NCBI GenBank assembly: GCA_963745075.1
Contig: CAVUWV010000032.1
Coordinates: 103,485-167,484, forward strand
Reading direction: 5' to 3'
Source of the DNA: Candidatus Hydrogenedentota bacterium
GTDB lineage: Bacteria; Hydrogenedentota; Hydrogenedentia; Hydrogenedentales; SLHB01
Length of the DNA stretch: 64,000 nt
Of this stretch, positions 31,824 to 42,204 are shown piece by piece (position 1 is the stretch's first letter; the number at the start of each line of letters is the position of its first letter). A model generated the notes under the pieces. It was not told the DNA's origin, did no database searches, and worked only from the letters and a program-made list of their open reading frames with translations. Position numbers and translations under genes: made by a program.

Positions 31824-33969
31824 TCACCCGTCGTTCAAGATGGCGCCGACGCGAGCGAGCAGGAACGTCCGGCGTGAATGGCTTCTGGATGAAACGATTG
31901 CCAAATTGCTCGACGATCGATCGCGAATCCCCATCCTCGATATGGCCGGACATGAAAAGGATGCGCATGGAGGGATGGGATTCGAGCACGCGTTCCGCCA
32001 AGTGCCTCCCCGATAGTCCGGGCATGATCATATCGGTGAGGACGAGGTCGATATTCGCACTTTGCTCGTCGACGATTCGCAAGGCTTCCTGCCCATTCGC
32101 CGCGCTCAAGACGGTGTAACCTCCCCTGCGGAGGACCCGGTCCACGATCGTCCGAACCGCATCTTCGTCTTCGACCACCAGGATCGTTCCCGTCCCCGTA
32201 ACGCTGATCGGCGATCCGGAGGGGGTCGCTGTCTCCCGTTCAGCGAGTTTGGCCGCCGGGATCCGAAGGGTGAAACTGGAACCTTGTCCTTCGCTGCTCT
32301 CCACGGTCACGTCGCCATGGCACCCCTGCACGATCGCATATACCGTTGAAAGCCCCAGGCCGGTGCCCTTCCCCTCTTCTTTGGTCGTAAAGAACGGCTC
32401 GAACGCTTTCGCACAGATATCGGGCGTCATACCCGCCCCCGTGTCTGAAACGTTCAGCACGATGTGCGGCAATGTCGACAATGGTGCGAGCGCATCTGCG
32501 TCATGAAACGGGCCGTCCGCTGCGGCGGTTTGGATCGACAGCGTACCCCCGTCCGGCATCGCGTCGCGGGCGTTGATAACCAAGTTGAGAATCACCTGTT
32601 CAAGCTGGCTGACGTCTGCGTAGATGTCGGGAAGTCCGGGCGAGAGTTCCACATTTAGTGTGATGTGCTCGCCGATTAGACGGTGCAGCATTTCCTGCAT
32701 CCCGCCAATGACCTGGTTAAGATTGAAGAGCGTCCGGTTCGCGACTTGCCGGCGGCTGAAAGCCAGCAACTGGCGCGTCAGGGATGCCCCTCGTTCGGCG
32801 ATTCGCACGATCTCGTTCGCGCCCTCACGCACCGCGGCCGAATCCTCACAAAGACCGCCGAGCAAGTCTGCCGTACCCATGATCGCGGTCAGCAGATTGT
32901 TAAAATCATGGGCGACGCCTCCGGCAAGGCGGCCCACGGCCTCCATTTTTTGGGATTGACTGAGTTGCTCCTCCAACCGCCGCAGTTCCGTGACGTCCAG
33001 GCTGTAAATGAGAACCCCCGTGACGTCGCCGCGCTCATTGGTGATAGGGCGATGCGTGCGGATCCAATGCTCGACCTCTCCCGTGTCTGACGCGAAATGC
33101 TCCTCGAACTGCATTACCTCGTTTTGCGCGGCAACGTGCGCCACCCATTGCAGGCGCCAATCAGCGACCGCCGCGCCGATTCCCAGGTAATCGCATAAGT
33201 CTGCCATCGTCCGGCCGATGAACGAAACCCGTACGTCGGCATCCGGCAGAATGCTTGGCGAGATATATTCGTAGCGGCCGTTCGAATCGACCAGCGCCAC
33301 ATGCGCGGGAAGGAGCGCAAGAAGTTCCTCATAAAATGCCCGCAATCGTATCGCTTCCTGCTCGGCCCTCCGTCGTTCCTCGATGTTCTGAGTAATGGAC
33401 AGGATGCAACGCTTGCCACCCAGGGTAACGACGCGGGCAAAGAAGCGGGCATGCATCACTTCACCGCTTTTCAACCGCACGCGTATCTCCAGTCCGTCTA
33501 CCTCTCCGTCCCGGCGAAGGGCTTCCGCAAATTGTTCCCGGCTTTCGCCTTCGAGCCACAGATTGAGTTCGTTGGAGGTCCGTCCAATTACTTCATGACG
33601 GGCGTACCCGGTTCGCATAGTAAAGGTATCGTTGATATCCAGAAACCGGCCGTCATCCAAGGTCGCAATGGCCATGGTAAATGGACTGCTTTCATAGGCG
33701 AAGCTGCGAAACTCCTCCGCCTGACCCCGCCGCGCAACTTCCTCGTCCAGCGCATCGATTAGCCGCTCCTCGCGCGTTTCGATCTGACGCAAGGCCGATT
33801 CGAGTGCATCGCACGCTTCGGCCCCGTCCGGTGTCTCACCGAGTAGTGCGCGCAACCGTTGCACATTCGACCGCATCCGCTGCCGAAGTTCATCGGGCCG
33901 TGTTGGGTCGCTTTCCCTGTCTGATTTCGGCGACCCAATCGGCCTCTTCTGCGATCGTTGATCCGGCAC
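31824..33969 (-). CDS. PAS-PAS hybrid histidine kinase/response regulator, frameshift near 31863
   Basis: GGVAHDFNNLL H-box, NARDAM, GKGTGLGL, receiver VVEDE..TDMIMP..KPF; corrected end VLLARVGAILNDG*. Confidence 0.9.
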
Positions 33970-33986
33970 GACCCTCTCCCCTTCGA

Positions 33987-34949
33987 TTACGCCGTAACCG
34001 CCGGAAACAGCGCTTCGATTCGCGACGCCACGTCAACCGTGAACTTTGTATCCGCGGCGGCCAGATTCTCTTTCAGTTGCTTTACCGACGTGGCGCCCAG
34101 GATCACGCTCGATACATTGGGGTTTGCCAAACACCACGCGACCGCCAATTGCGCGGCGGAGACCCCCAGTTCTTCCGCAATTTCCACGAATTCCTGCGCG
34201 CGGGTTTTGTAGTCTTCTTTCCAATACATCTCTTTGATAACCATATTCTGTTTGTCGTCGGCGGCACGTGTGCCGGCCGGTGCATCCTCTCCGGGCTTGT
34301 ATTTTCCGGTGAGCATTCCGTGGGCCAAGGGAGAGAACGTAACGTTTCCGATGCCTTCCGCCGCGGTGGTCGGGAACAGTTGGGTCTCGGGATGCCGGTA
34401 GAGCAGGTTGTAGCGCGGCTGACTCACGGCAATGGGGCGTGCGCCGATTTCGCGCGCGATGGCATTGGCCTGTACGATTAACGGCGCCGGCCATTCGCTG
34501 ACGCCCCAGTAGAGAATCTTGCCCGCCCGCGCGAGATCTTCCATGGCCCGAATCGTCTCTTCAAGGGGCGTCGCAGGATCGGGACGATGACACATGTAAA
34601 CGTCCACATAGTCCATGCCCAGCCGCTGCAAGCTGGCGTCGCACTGCTCACGAATATGCTTGGCCGAAAGGCCGCGATCGTTCGGCCCGTCGCCCATGGG
34701 CGCCCAGACCTTGGTCAATACAACCAGATCGGACCGGGGAAACACGGCAAGATGTTTACCCAGGACCCGTTCGCCTTCGCCCTTGTTGTAAGCGTTGGCC
34801 GTGTCGAAGTAGTTAATGCCGTTCTCATACGCAACGCGAATGGTGTCGCGCGACGTGTCGTCGTCACAAGTCATGCCGATGGTAAGATAGCTGCCAAGCC
34901 CGAGGCTGCTGACGCGAATGCCCCACTTGCCAAGTTGACGGTATTCCAT
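33987..34949 (-). CDS. Aldo/keto reductase (K+ channel beta-subunit-like)
   Basis: MEYRQLG, FDTANAY, SLQRLGMDYVD, GKILYWGVSEW, FSPLAHG. Confidence 0.92.
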   Translation of the reverse strand: MEYRQLGKWGIRVSSLGLGSYLTIGMTCDDDTSRDTIRVAYENGINYFDTANAYNKGEGERVLGKHLAVFPRSDLVVLTKVWAPMGDGPNDRGLSAKHIREQCDASLQRLGMDYVDVYMCHRPDPATPLEETIRAMEDLARAGKILYWGVSEWPAPLIVQANAIAREIGARPIAVSQPRYNLLYRHPETQLFPTTAAEGIGNVTFSPLAHGMLTGKYKPGEDAPAGTRAADDKQNMVIKEMYWKEDYKTRAQEFVEIAEELGVSAAQLAVAWCLANPNVSSVILGATSVKQLKENLAAADTKFTVDVASRIEALFPAVTA

Positions 34950-35104
34950 TGCTCCCCCTCTCTGTTCCGCGCGTCACACTATCGTATCACCCGTCAGGAC
35001 GGGGCGCAATCGCGAGGTGGGAGTCTGTCGAAACTCTTTGATAATGTCCCCTGGAAAACTCATTAGAAATGTCCCCATGGTTGCGGCCTTAGAAAGGAGG
35101 CTGC

Positions 35105-36367
35105 GTGGAAGGGGACATTTTGATGAGTCGCAAGGAGCGTACGCGCAAGTCGGTGTTGGATCGTGTGAAGAGTGGTGCGTTGAAGCTGCGTGAGGCGGCG
35201 GAGATGCTGGGGTTGAGCTACCGGCAGTGTAAGCGGGTGTATGCGCGGTATCGCCGGGAAGGAGATGTAGGGCTGGTTCACCGGCGGCGCGGGAAGTCGT
35301 CTGCGCGGGCCAAGCCCCCGGAAATGCGGGAGAAGGTGCTGGCGCGTTACGAGGAGCGCTACAAGGGCATGGGTCCGACGTTGGCGGCCGAGAAGCTGGC
35401 GGAGGAGGGTTTGGTGCTGGACCACGAGACGCTGCGGCGCTGGCTGATTGCGGCGGGGCTTTGGCAACGAGCCCGCAAACGGGGTCCCCATCGAACGCGG
35501 CGGCCGCGTAAGGAGCACTTCGGAGAGTTGGTCCAGTTCGACGGCAGTCACCACGCCTGGTTCGGTCCCGACTATCCCCGAGCGTGTCTGATGAATCTGG
35601 TGGACGACGCCACGGGGCGTACCTTGGCTACGATGGATGTCCAAGAAACCACCGAGGCTGCCATGCGGACCCTGTGGAAGTGGATTGAGCGTTACGGCGT
35701 CCCCAAGGCGCTGTATTGTGACCGCAAGACCGTATATGTCACGGAGCGCGAACCGACGGTGGAAGAGCAGTTGGCGGACGAAGAACCCTTGACCAGCTTC
35801 GGAAAAGCCTGTAAAAAGCTGGGAATTCAGATCATTACCGCCTACAGCCCTCAAGCCAAAGGCCGGGTGGAACGCAATCACGGCGTCTATCAAGACCGCC
35901 TGTTCCACGAACTGCGCTTACGCCAAATCACCACCATTGAGCAGACCAATGCCTTACTGGAAAACGGCTTCGTCGACCACCTCAACGAAAAGTTTGCCCG
36001 TCCCGCACAAAAGACGCATAACCTCCACCGTCGGCTCCCCAAGAACGTCGACCTGCGCGACGTGTTCTGCTTTGAAGAGTACCGTACCGTGGGCAATGAC
36101 TGGACCGTTCGTCACCAAAACCGCTTTTTCCAAATACACAAAACCAAGAAGCACTTGCCCAAACCGAAGCACAAGGTCCTCGTACGCACTTGGCTCGATG
36201 GAAGCATTCACCTCGTGTACAACGGTCACAAACTCGACTATGAACAACTCGACGAACCGCCGTGCAGACCCGCCAAGCCCGCCGCGAAAAAGCCCAAGGC
36301 CAGCACCCCCCCATCAAAACCAAAACCCCGCCACGACCACCCATGGCGCAAGCGGCGCGTGGCATGA
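35105..36367 (+). CDS. DDE transposase (ISNCY/IS1202-like, rve core)
   Basis: N-terminal HTH; LVQFDGSHH, LYCDRK, SPQAKGRVER; C-terminal HPW; AAGGAGG RBS. Confidence 0.93.
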   Translation: MEGDILMSRKERTRKSVLDRVKSGALKLREAAEMLGLSYRQCKRVYARYRREGDVGLVHRRRGKSSARAKPPEMREKVLARYEERYKGMGPTLAAEKLAEEGLVLDHETLRRWLIAAGLWQRARKRGPHRTRRPRKEHFGELVQFDGSHHAWFGPDYPRACLMNLVDDATGRTLATMDVQETTEAAMRTLWKWIERYGVPKALYCDRKTVYVTEREPTVEEQLADEEPLTSFGKACKKLGIQIITAYSPQAKGRVERNHGVYQDRLFHELRLRQITTIEQTNALLENGFVDHLNEKFARPAQKTHNLHRRLPKNVDLRDVFCFEEYRTVGNDWTVRHQNRFFQIHKTKKHLPKPKHKVLVRTWLDGSIHLVYNGHKLDYEQLDEPPCRPAKPAAKKPKASTPPSKPKPRHDHPWRKRRVA

Positions 36368-36430
36368 TGGCCAGTGGCATCGGAAAGAACCAATGAGTTT
36401 TTCGCTTTGCAGGATTCCGGTTACAAAAAG

Positions 36431-36466
36431 CCGGGACAGCCACCCCACCCGGGGTGGCTGTCCCGG
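36431..36466. other. Perfect 16-bp-stem hairpin in the IS 3' non-coding region
   Basis: ccgggacagccacccc-accc-ggggtggctgtcccgg. Confidence 0.8.
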
Positions 36467-36746
36467 AACCGTCTATCCACCTGACGGGCGCTCAGGTCGC
36501 TCTCCAGCGTTGCCCTATCCTCCCGCCAGGTCCACCTACTGTAGCAGAAAACAAAAAACAGGGGACATTTCTAACGAGTTAACACCGGGGACATTTTAAT
36601 CGAGCTTTGACATCGCGAGGTGGGAGTCCGGCGACGATATGGAGAGCCGACGCGCATGAGCCATCGGATGCACCACACGCTCCGCTACGATAGGATAGAC
36701 CGTTGCCGCGTCGTCTGCGGCGGCCGCGAGAACCTTGTGAGGTGTT

Positions 36747-37547
36747 GTGAAACCTGAACTCTTTCAACTTTTCGGAGTCTCTTTCTATTCGTACCGTGTG
36801 TTGTTGGCGACAGCGTTTGTCATCGGCACGCTGTTCGCCGTGCGAAACTCGGAACGGCATGGCGAGGTACGGCTGGTCCCGCTGATGGGGATCTGGGGAC
36901 TGGCGGGGGCGCTCCTCGGCGCACGCGTCTTCTACGTGGTCCAATATCAAGGCTGGGGGTCGCTGTGGCGAGCCTTCCTCCTGTGGGACGGGGGCCTCGT
37001 CTTCTACGGCGGGCTGCTCGGAGGCGCCGCAGCGGTGGCCGTTCATTGGCGGTTGCGGGGAACGCCCTACCTCAAAGGGGCCGACCTGGTGGTGCCGTAT
37101 CTTGCGCTGGGGGAAGCGCTCACGCGGGTGGGGTGTTTCCTCAACGGTTGTTGTTATGGCGCGCTGACGACCATGCCGTGGGGGGTTCGATTTCCACCGG
37201 GAAGCGTGGCGTATCAAGCGCAGTTGGACGCAGACCTCATCACGCCCGCAGACAGCCATGCCCTGGCGTGTCATCCCACGGAACTCTATATGACCGTGGG
37301 GCTGGTCGCAGTCTATCTCGCGCTTCGAAGCAGTCTGTTTCGCCGGCCCTGGGATGGGGCGGTCGTGTGCGGATACCTGCTTTTGTATGGTATCCTACGG
37401 TTTCTCGTCGAATCGTTGCGCGGTGACAGCGCCCGTTCGGTCTTCGGAATGACCGTGTCGCAGGCCATCAGTGCCGCGTTGATTCTGTGCGCGGGAGCCG
37501 TCCTCGTCCGGCTGTTTCGTCAGACCGCGCGCGGACCCGCTTCCTAG
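36747..37547 (+). CDS. lgt: Prolipoprotein diacylglyceryl transferase-like protein
   Basis: LGARVFYV, GGLVFYGG, RVGCFLNGCCYG, HPTELY, RFLVESLR. Confidence 0.85.
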   Translation: MKPELFQLFGVSFYSYRVLLATAFVIGTLFAVRNSERHGEVRLVPLMGIWGLAGALLGARVFYVVQYQGWGSLWRAFLLWDGGLVFYGGLLGGAAAVAVHWRLRGTPYLKGADLVVPYLALGEALTRVGCFLNGCCYGALTTMPWGVRFPPGSVAYQAQLDADLITPADSHALACHPTELYMTVGLVAVYLALRSSLFRRPWDGAVVCGYLLLYGILRFLVESLRGDSARSVFGMTVSQAISAALILCAGAVLVRLFRQTARGPAS

Positions 37548-37693
37548 GGGGTCCCGGCTCCAAGGGCACAGACAGACACGGCGACGAATGGACGGACCGC
37601 GCACGCGATGCAACCCCGGCGCGCACGCGGCTATCTATTCAGCAGTATCGCTCGGTTACAAGGGACGCTGCGGCGTTCACGGAGTACACGAGA

Positions 37694-39133
37694 ATGAAGC
37701 GAGTCATCCTCATGGTTACAGTGATCTTTTTTCCGCGCTTGCTGGTCGCCCAAACCCTCGATCTTTCGAACCTGGAAGGGGAAAGTTGGTACGGGCTGTA
37801 CCTCAACGGCCAGAAGTCCGGGTATTCCATGCACGCCGTAACGAAGGCCGACGACGGGAACGTGAGCGTGGTCGAAGACGCCCATTTTCGCATGAACATG
37901 GCCGGCGTTCCGCAGGACATGCGCATGTACTCCAATCGCATCTATGGACCCGATGGCCAACTAAAAGCCGTCGAATCAAAGATCGACGACGCCAAGAGCA
38001 CCTCCGTATTCAATGCGCTGGTCGATGGCGACGAATTGGTGCTGCATGCGGACGTGGGCGGCGTGGAAAAGGAGCAGCGACTGCCGCGGCCGAAGGAGTC
38101 CCTCCAGGACGCACTGAAACAGGCCGAACTGGTGCAGGGCAACCCCAAAGTGGGGGACGCGCTGACCTTCACCACGTTTGAGCCGATGAAACCGGGAGAG
38201 ATTAAGGGCCGCAGCGAAATTACCGGGATTGAAGAACGGCTCCTCGAAGGCGCCCCCACCAAAGTGTATAAAATCCACACAAGCCTGGAATTCATGGGGA
38301 TCGAGACGGTCTCCTACGTCACCGGGCAAGGGACGGTTCTCGAAGATATCACCGCCGGTCAAATTACGATGCGCCTGGAACCCAAGGAAATCGCCAAGGA
38401 CGTCGACTACAGCAACGACGTTATCGTGTCGAATGCGGCCATGGTTGACGAACCCATCAGCAATCCGCGAACGCGCAAAAGCCTTCAGTTGCGGTTGACC
38501 GGCCCCCTTTCTCCCGCACATCTGTTCAACGACGAACGCCAATTCCTCACGCAAAACGGCGACGCCTACGACTTCACCAGCAAGTCGCTTAATCTGGATG
38601 GATTCAAAACGGAACCAATTCCTGTGACGAACGAAAAGGTCAAGCAATGGCTCGAACCGACGCTGTTCGTACAGTGCGACGACCCGCGAATCGTTGCCAA
38701 GGCCAAGGAAATTATCGGGGACGAGACGGACTCGTTGAAAGCATCCACCCTGTTATGTGAGTGGGTCTACAACAACGTCAAGACGATCTTCTCCGCGCGC
38801 CTGACCAACGCGCTCGAAGTGCTCGACAGCCTTGAAGGCGACTGTACCGAACACAGCATTCTGTTCGTAGCGCTGGCCCGCGCCGCAGGCATTCCCGCGC
38901 GCGAAGTGGCTGGCCTGATCTACATGGACGGGGCCCAGCCCGGCTTTTATTTCCACCAGTGGGCGAAGGTCTGGGTCGGTAAATGGGTTAACGTCGACCC
39001 GACCTGGAACCAGCCCCTGGCCAACGTCACCCACATCAAACTCGCGGAAGGCGACTTGTTCCAACAGGCCCAACTGATCCCCATTATCGGCCAGATCAAA
39101 GTGGAGGTGGTCGACGAAGCCACGGGCGGCTGA
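37694..39133 (+). CDS. Secreted transglutaminase-like domain protein
   Basis: GDCTEH, ARAAGIPAR, FHQW, WVNVDPTW (Cys-His-Asp triad); N-terminal hydrophobic leader. Confidence 0.85.
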   Translation: MKRVILMVTVIFFPRLLVAQTLDLSNLEGESWYGLYLNGQKSGYSMHAVTKADDGNVSVVEDAHFRMNMAGVPQDMRMYSNRIYGPDGQLKAVESKIDDAKSTSVFNALVDGDELVLHADVGGVEKEQRLPRPKESLQDALKQAELVQGNPKVGDALTFTTFEPMKPGEIKGRSEITGIEERLLEGAPTKVYKIHTSLEFMGIETVSYVTGQGTVLEDITAGQITMRLEPKEIAKDVDYSNDVIVSNAAMVDEPISNPRTRKSLQLRLTGPLSPAHLFNDERQFLTQNGDAYDFTSKSLNLDGFKTEPIPVTNEKVKQWLEPTLFVQCDDPRIVAKAKEIIGDETDSLKASTLLCEWVYNNVKTIFSARLTNALEVLDSLEGDCTEHSILFVALARAAGIPAREVAGLIYMDGAQPGFYFHQWAKVWVGKWVNVDPTWNQPLANVTHIKLAEGDLFQQAQLIPIIGQIKVEVVDEATGG

Positions 39134-39147
39134 CCCGGGAGCGACGT

Positions 39148-42100
39148 ATGTCCGAGTCCGCGCAGCAATCCACACCAACGGCAAAACGCGTGCGCTGGCG
39201 CCGCGCCCTTGCCGGGTCGGCGGCGTTTATTCTGGCCGTTGCTGTCGCGCTGCTGACCGGCATCCCCCAACGAGTGACGGTCGAATACGCGATGCAACGG
39301 GCGTTAGGCGCGGACGTTCGTGTGACGGGACTTTCCCTCACGCCCCGGGTTCGCATCGCGCAACTTCGCCTTGCTGACGCTTCCGGTACCGATGCATCGC
39401 CGATGATCCTTCGCGATGTGGACCTCCGTTATACGTACCATCGCGGTCAGGGTTTGACTATCCCCGAACTCCACATCGGCGCCGTGAAACTCGATTTGCG
39501 CAGACACGCCGACGAATCCACCAATTATGCCTTCATCGAGCGGATGCTTCGTCCAAAACCCGATTCCCGAGAATCGTTCGACGCCGATCGCTATCTTCCC
39601 CGCTCCTTCCGAATCGGAGACCTCTCCGTAAAACTCGACGCTCCCGAAGGCGGCCTTGACCTGGAAGGATTGCAGGTCGATGCCGAGATTGATTCGCTGT
39701 TGAGCCTGGACGTCCTTCTGCACGGCGACGACGTTCACGGCTCGGTACGCGTGCCCGAAGAGACCGAAGCCCGGCCCGTTGCGGGCACAGTAAATGTTCA
39801 GATCCTTCAAAACATGGCAAACACCGGCGTCACCGTTGCGGTTTCGCTTGAAAACATCGCTACGCTTGATGGAAAGGCCAACATCATCCGGGCCCTGGGC
39901 ACGACGGCCGCCCAACTGCAATTCGCCGACGCGCGATTCCTGAACGATACGTGGGCGACGCTGGTGCCCGGACCCTTGCGTTTCGACGCACTCGACCTGT
40001 CCGGCACGTCCGTTGCCTTGATCACGTCGCCGGGCGCAACGTGGACCGCGAAAGCGGATATCCAGTTCGATGGGCAAAATATTCGCTACGGCGAACCGGG
40101 GCACGAATGGTACGAAGGCAATCTCAAAGTCTCCGGAAACTACGACGGAGAGCGCGGCCAATTCGAAGCCTTGCTCAACAAAGGCCAACGCCTGGCTGTG
40201 ATGGCGGAGGGGGAACCGGCGAAAGCACACGTGGCCGCTACGCTCATCGATTGGGGTCGCGCTGATCTGGAAGACGCCTTGCCAAAGGACTGGCGCCCGT
40301 TGTTGGATAACCTCCCCCACCTGAGCCAGATTGCTGCGTCGGCCGAAATACGGACCGATTTGCCGGCCTACACGCTGAACGCCAGCGCGGACCCCATCTT
40401 CACCAACGAAGCCGGTGACAACGAACGGTTCTCGCTGCGCATCAACGGAGGCGGATCCACGAATGACAAGGACCGGGACTTGTTCCACGGAGACCTCGAT
40501 GCCACGCTCGGCGAGGGTACCGTCCACTCGTCGGTTGACGCGGATACCGCACAACTGTACACGGCAAATGTATCCCTGAAGACCATGGCGCTCTCCGCCA
40601 TGACCGCCTTGCTACGGCTCAACGCGCTTCCCGACAACGTGCGCGCAATCGTGTCGGGAGCGGTGGACGTCACACACGGGTCCAAAGGCGTTTCCGCCGG
40701 TCTCGATCTGAAACTTGCCCCCGCAACGTTAGGTCCTGTTGCTATACCGGATGACCCACCCTTGACCATCGCTGGGACGCTCGCCGGAACCGACGCCATG
40801 GATGCGGTGAAGTCCAATTTGCTCGCGCTGCGATTCACTGATGATGCCGCAATCGAGGTGAAGGACTTCCAACTCACCTTCACGCCATTCACCATCACAG
40901 GGCACGCGACCGGCAAGATCGACTTCGATTATGTGGGGCCCACCATCGGAATGCCGTCGGTAGTCGGCGCGCTGACCGTAGACATGCCCTTGCGTTATGC
41001 AGACGGCGCGATCGAAAGCACTTTCCGGTGCGAAGGCGACGGCTTTGGCTACGGCTCGTGGGCGGGGCCGTATGGAACCTCGGTCGTCTTAACCGGACAG
41101 GGCCGCTACGACACCCAATCCGCCGCCATAACGATTGACAACGCAAGCGGCAACTGGGGGGACGGCACGACCTTCGCCAGTTCGTCGTTAAATATCGGGC
41201 TGAACCCCCTGAGCGTGTCCGGACCGTTTTCCATGGACACCAACCTGTCCCCCTTCGTGGATCTGCGCTTCTTGAACGCCGCCGAAGGGCACGCGACGGC
41301 GAAGGGCACGCTCGCGTACGGCACGGACCAGGTGACGGCCATTGACTACGATCTGGCCGCGAGCTCACTCACCCTGCGCGACGCGGTAGCGGCCTTCGGC
41401 GGGTTGACCTCATCCGGATCGATGGCCTATGGCGATACCTTCAACGGACGGGCCGGGTTCGCAGCAGCCGACGCAGCCGCCGCGGGCGCCATGCTTCACA
41501 ATCCCCAGGGCTCGGCGACTATCGAAAACGGCGTTGCGCAGGCCACGGGGGTGCATGCATCCCTGTACGGAGGCAATGTAACCTTCGACGTGGCAGTGAA
41601 TGTGTTGGACGTGGACGCGGGGGGGCGATTGGACGCCCACCTCGAGAACATCGATCTCGACCGGTTCACCCAGGAATACGAGCCGCCTTCCGTCACCCTC
41701 ACCGGTATCGCCAATGGTGATGCGATGCTCGCGTGGAACAAAGACGCGCTACGGGAACTACGGGTCGACCTCGCATCCGACCAGGGTTTCTCGCTGAATC
41801 GGGAGATTATCCAGGACTTGCTGCTCCAATCCCTCACCGCCGAGGTCACGGGGATGAAGAAACTGAATAAGCAAATTGAGAAAGAGACCATCGGCAAGGC
41901 GGCACAACGTCCCTTTGACAGCGCTTCGGTTTCGCTTAGTCTGGAAGGCGACACGTATGAGGATCAGCGCTTGGTCGGACCAATCGCGCTCAAGAGCAAA
42001 ATGCTCAACTTGTCCATCGACCTGGGGGTCGATCTTCGGGCTATCGCCGACGCCCTCGACCTTCAGCAGCAGGCCCGCCTCGGCGAGGGTGATACGATCT

Positions 42101-42204
42101 CCGCCGAACCTGTACAATGGAAGCTTCCCGATACGTCCCCTAAACTGAAATCGAATAATCCGGACGAGGATTCGTCCAGTACGGCAAAGGAGGAGGAACC
42201 ATGA
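39148..42204 (+). CDS. Large AsmA/YdbH-like beta-rich intermembrane protein
   Basis: Single N-terminal TM, about 1000 aa beta-rich; ASLYGG.V and L.NIDL..F patterns; coupled to a YdbL-like gene. Confidence 0.6.
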   Translation: MSESAQQSTPTAKRVRWRRALAGSAAFILAVAVALLTGIPQRVTVEYAMQRALGADVRVTGLSLTPRVRIAQLRLADASGTDASPMILRDVDLRYTYHRGQGLTIPELHIGAVKLDLRRHADESTNYAFIERMLRPKPDSRESFDADRYLPRSFRIGDLSVKLDAPEGGLDLEGLQVDAEIDSLLSLDVLLHGDDVHGSVRVPEETEARPVAGTVNVQILQNMANTGVTVAVSLENIATLDGKANIIRALGTTAAQLQFADARFLNDTWATLVPGPLRFDALDLSGTSVALITSPGATWTAKADIQFDGQNIRYGEPGHEWYEGNLKVSGNYDGERGQFEALLNKGQRLAVMAEGEPAKAHVAATLIDWGRADLEDALPKDWRPLLDNLPHLSQIAASAEIRTDLPAYTLNASADPIFTNEAGDNERFSLRINGGGSTNDKDRDLFHGDLDATLGEGTVHSSVDADTAQLYTANVSLKTMALSAMTALLRLNALPDNVRAIVSGAVDVTHGSKGVSAGLDLKLAPATLGPVAIPDDPPLTIAGTLAGTDAMDAVKSNLLALRFTDDAAIEVKDFQLTFTPFTITGHATGKIDFDYVGPTIGMPSVVGALTVDMPLRYADGAIESTFRCEGDGFGYGSWAGPYGTSVVLTGQGRYDTQSAAITIDNASGNWGDGTTFASSSLNIGLNPLSVSGPFSMDTNLSPFVDLRFLNAAEGHATAKGTLAYGTDQVTAIDYDLAASSLTLRDAVAAFGGLTSSGSMAYGDTFNGRAGFAAADAAAAGAMLHNPQGSATIENGVAQATGVHASLYGGNVTFDVAVNVLDVDAGGRLDAHLENIDLDRFTQEYEPPSVTLTGIANGDAMLAWNKDALRELRVDLASDQGFSLNREIIQDLLLQSLTAEVTGMKKLNKQIEKETIGKAAQRPFDSASVSLSLEGDTYEDQRLVGPIALKSKMLNLSIDLGVDLRAIADALDLQQQARLGEGDTISAEPVQWKLPDTSPKLKSNNPDEDSSSTAKEEEP

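Larger units (their letters stand above)
35026..36612 (+). mobile_element. Complete IS1202-like (ISNCY) insertion sequence with a 16-bp target duplication
   Basis: TGTC...GACA ends; ~51-bp imperfect IRs (35026-35076 / 36561-36612), each with two AATGTCCCC motifs; TCGCGAGGTGGGAGTC at 35010-35025 and 36613-36628. Confidence 0.93.

Noticed and set aside
36607..36640. Hybrid promoter from the outward TTGACA at the IS right end toward lgt
   Set aside because: No acceptable -10 hexamer at 16-18 bp spacing.
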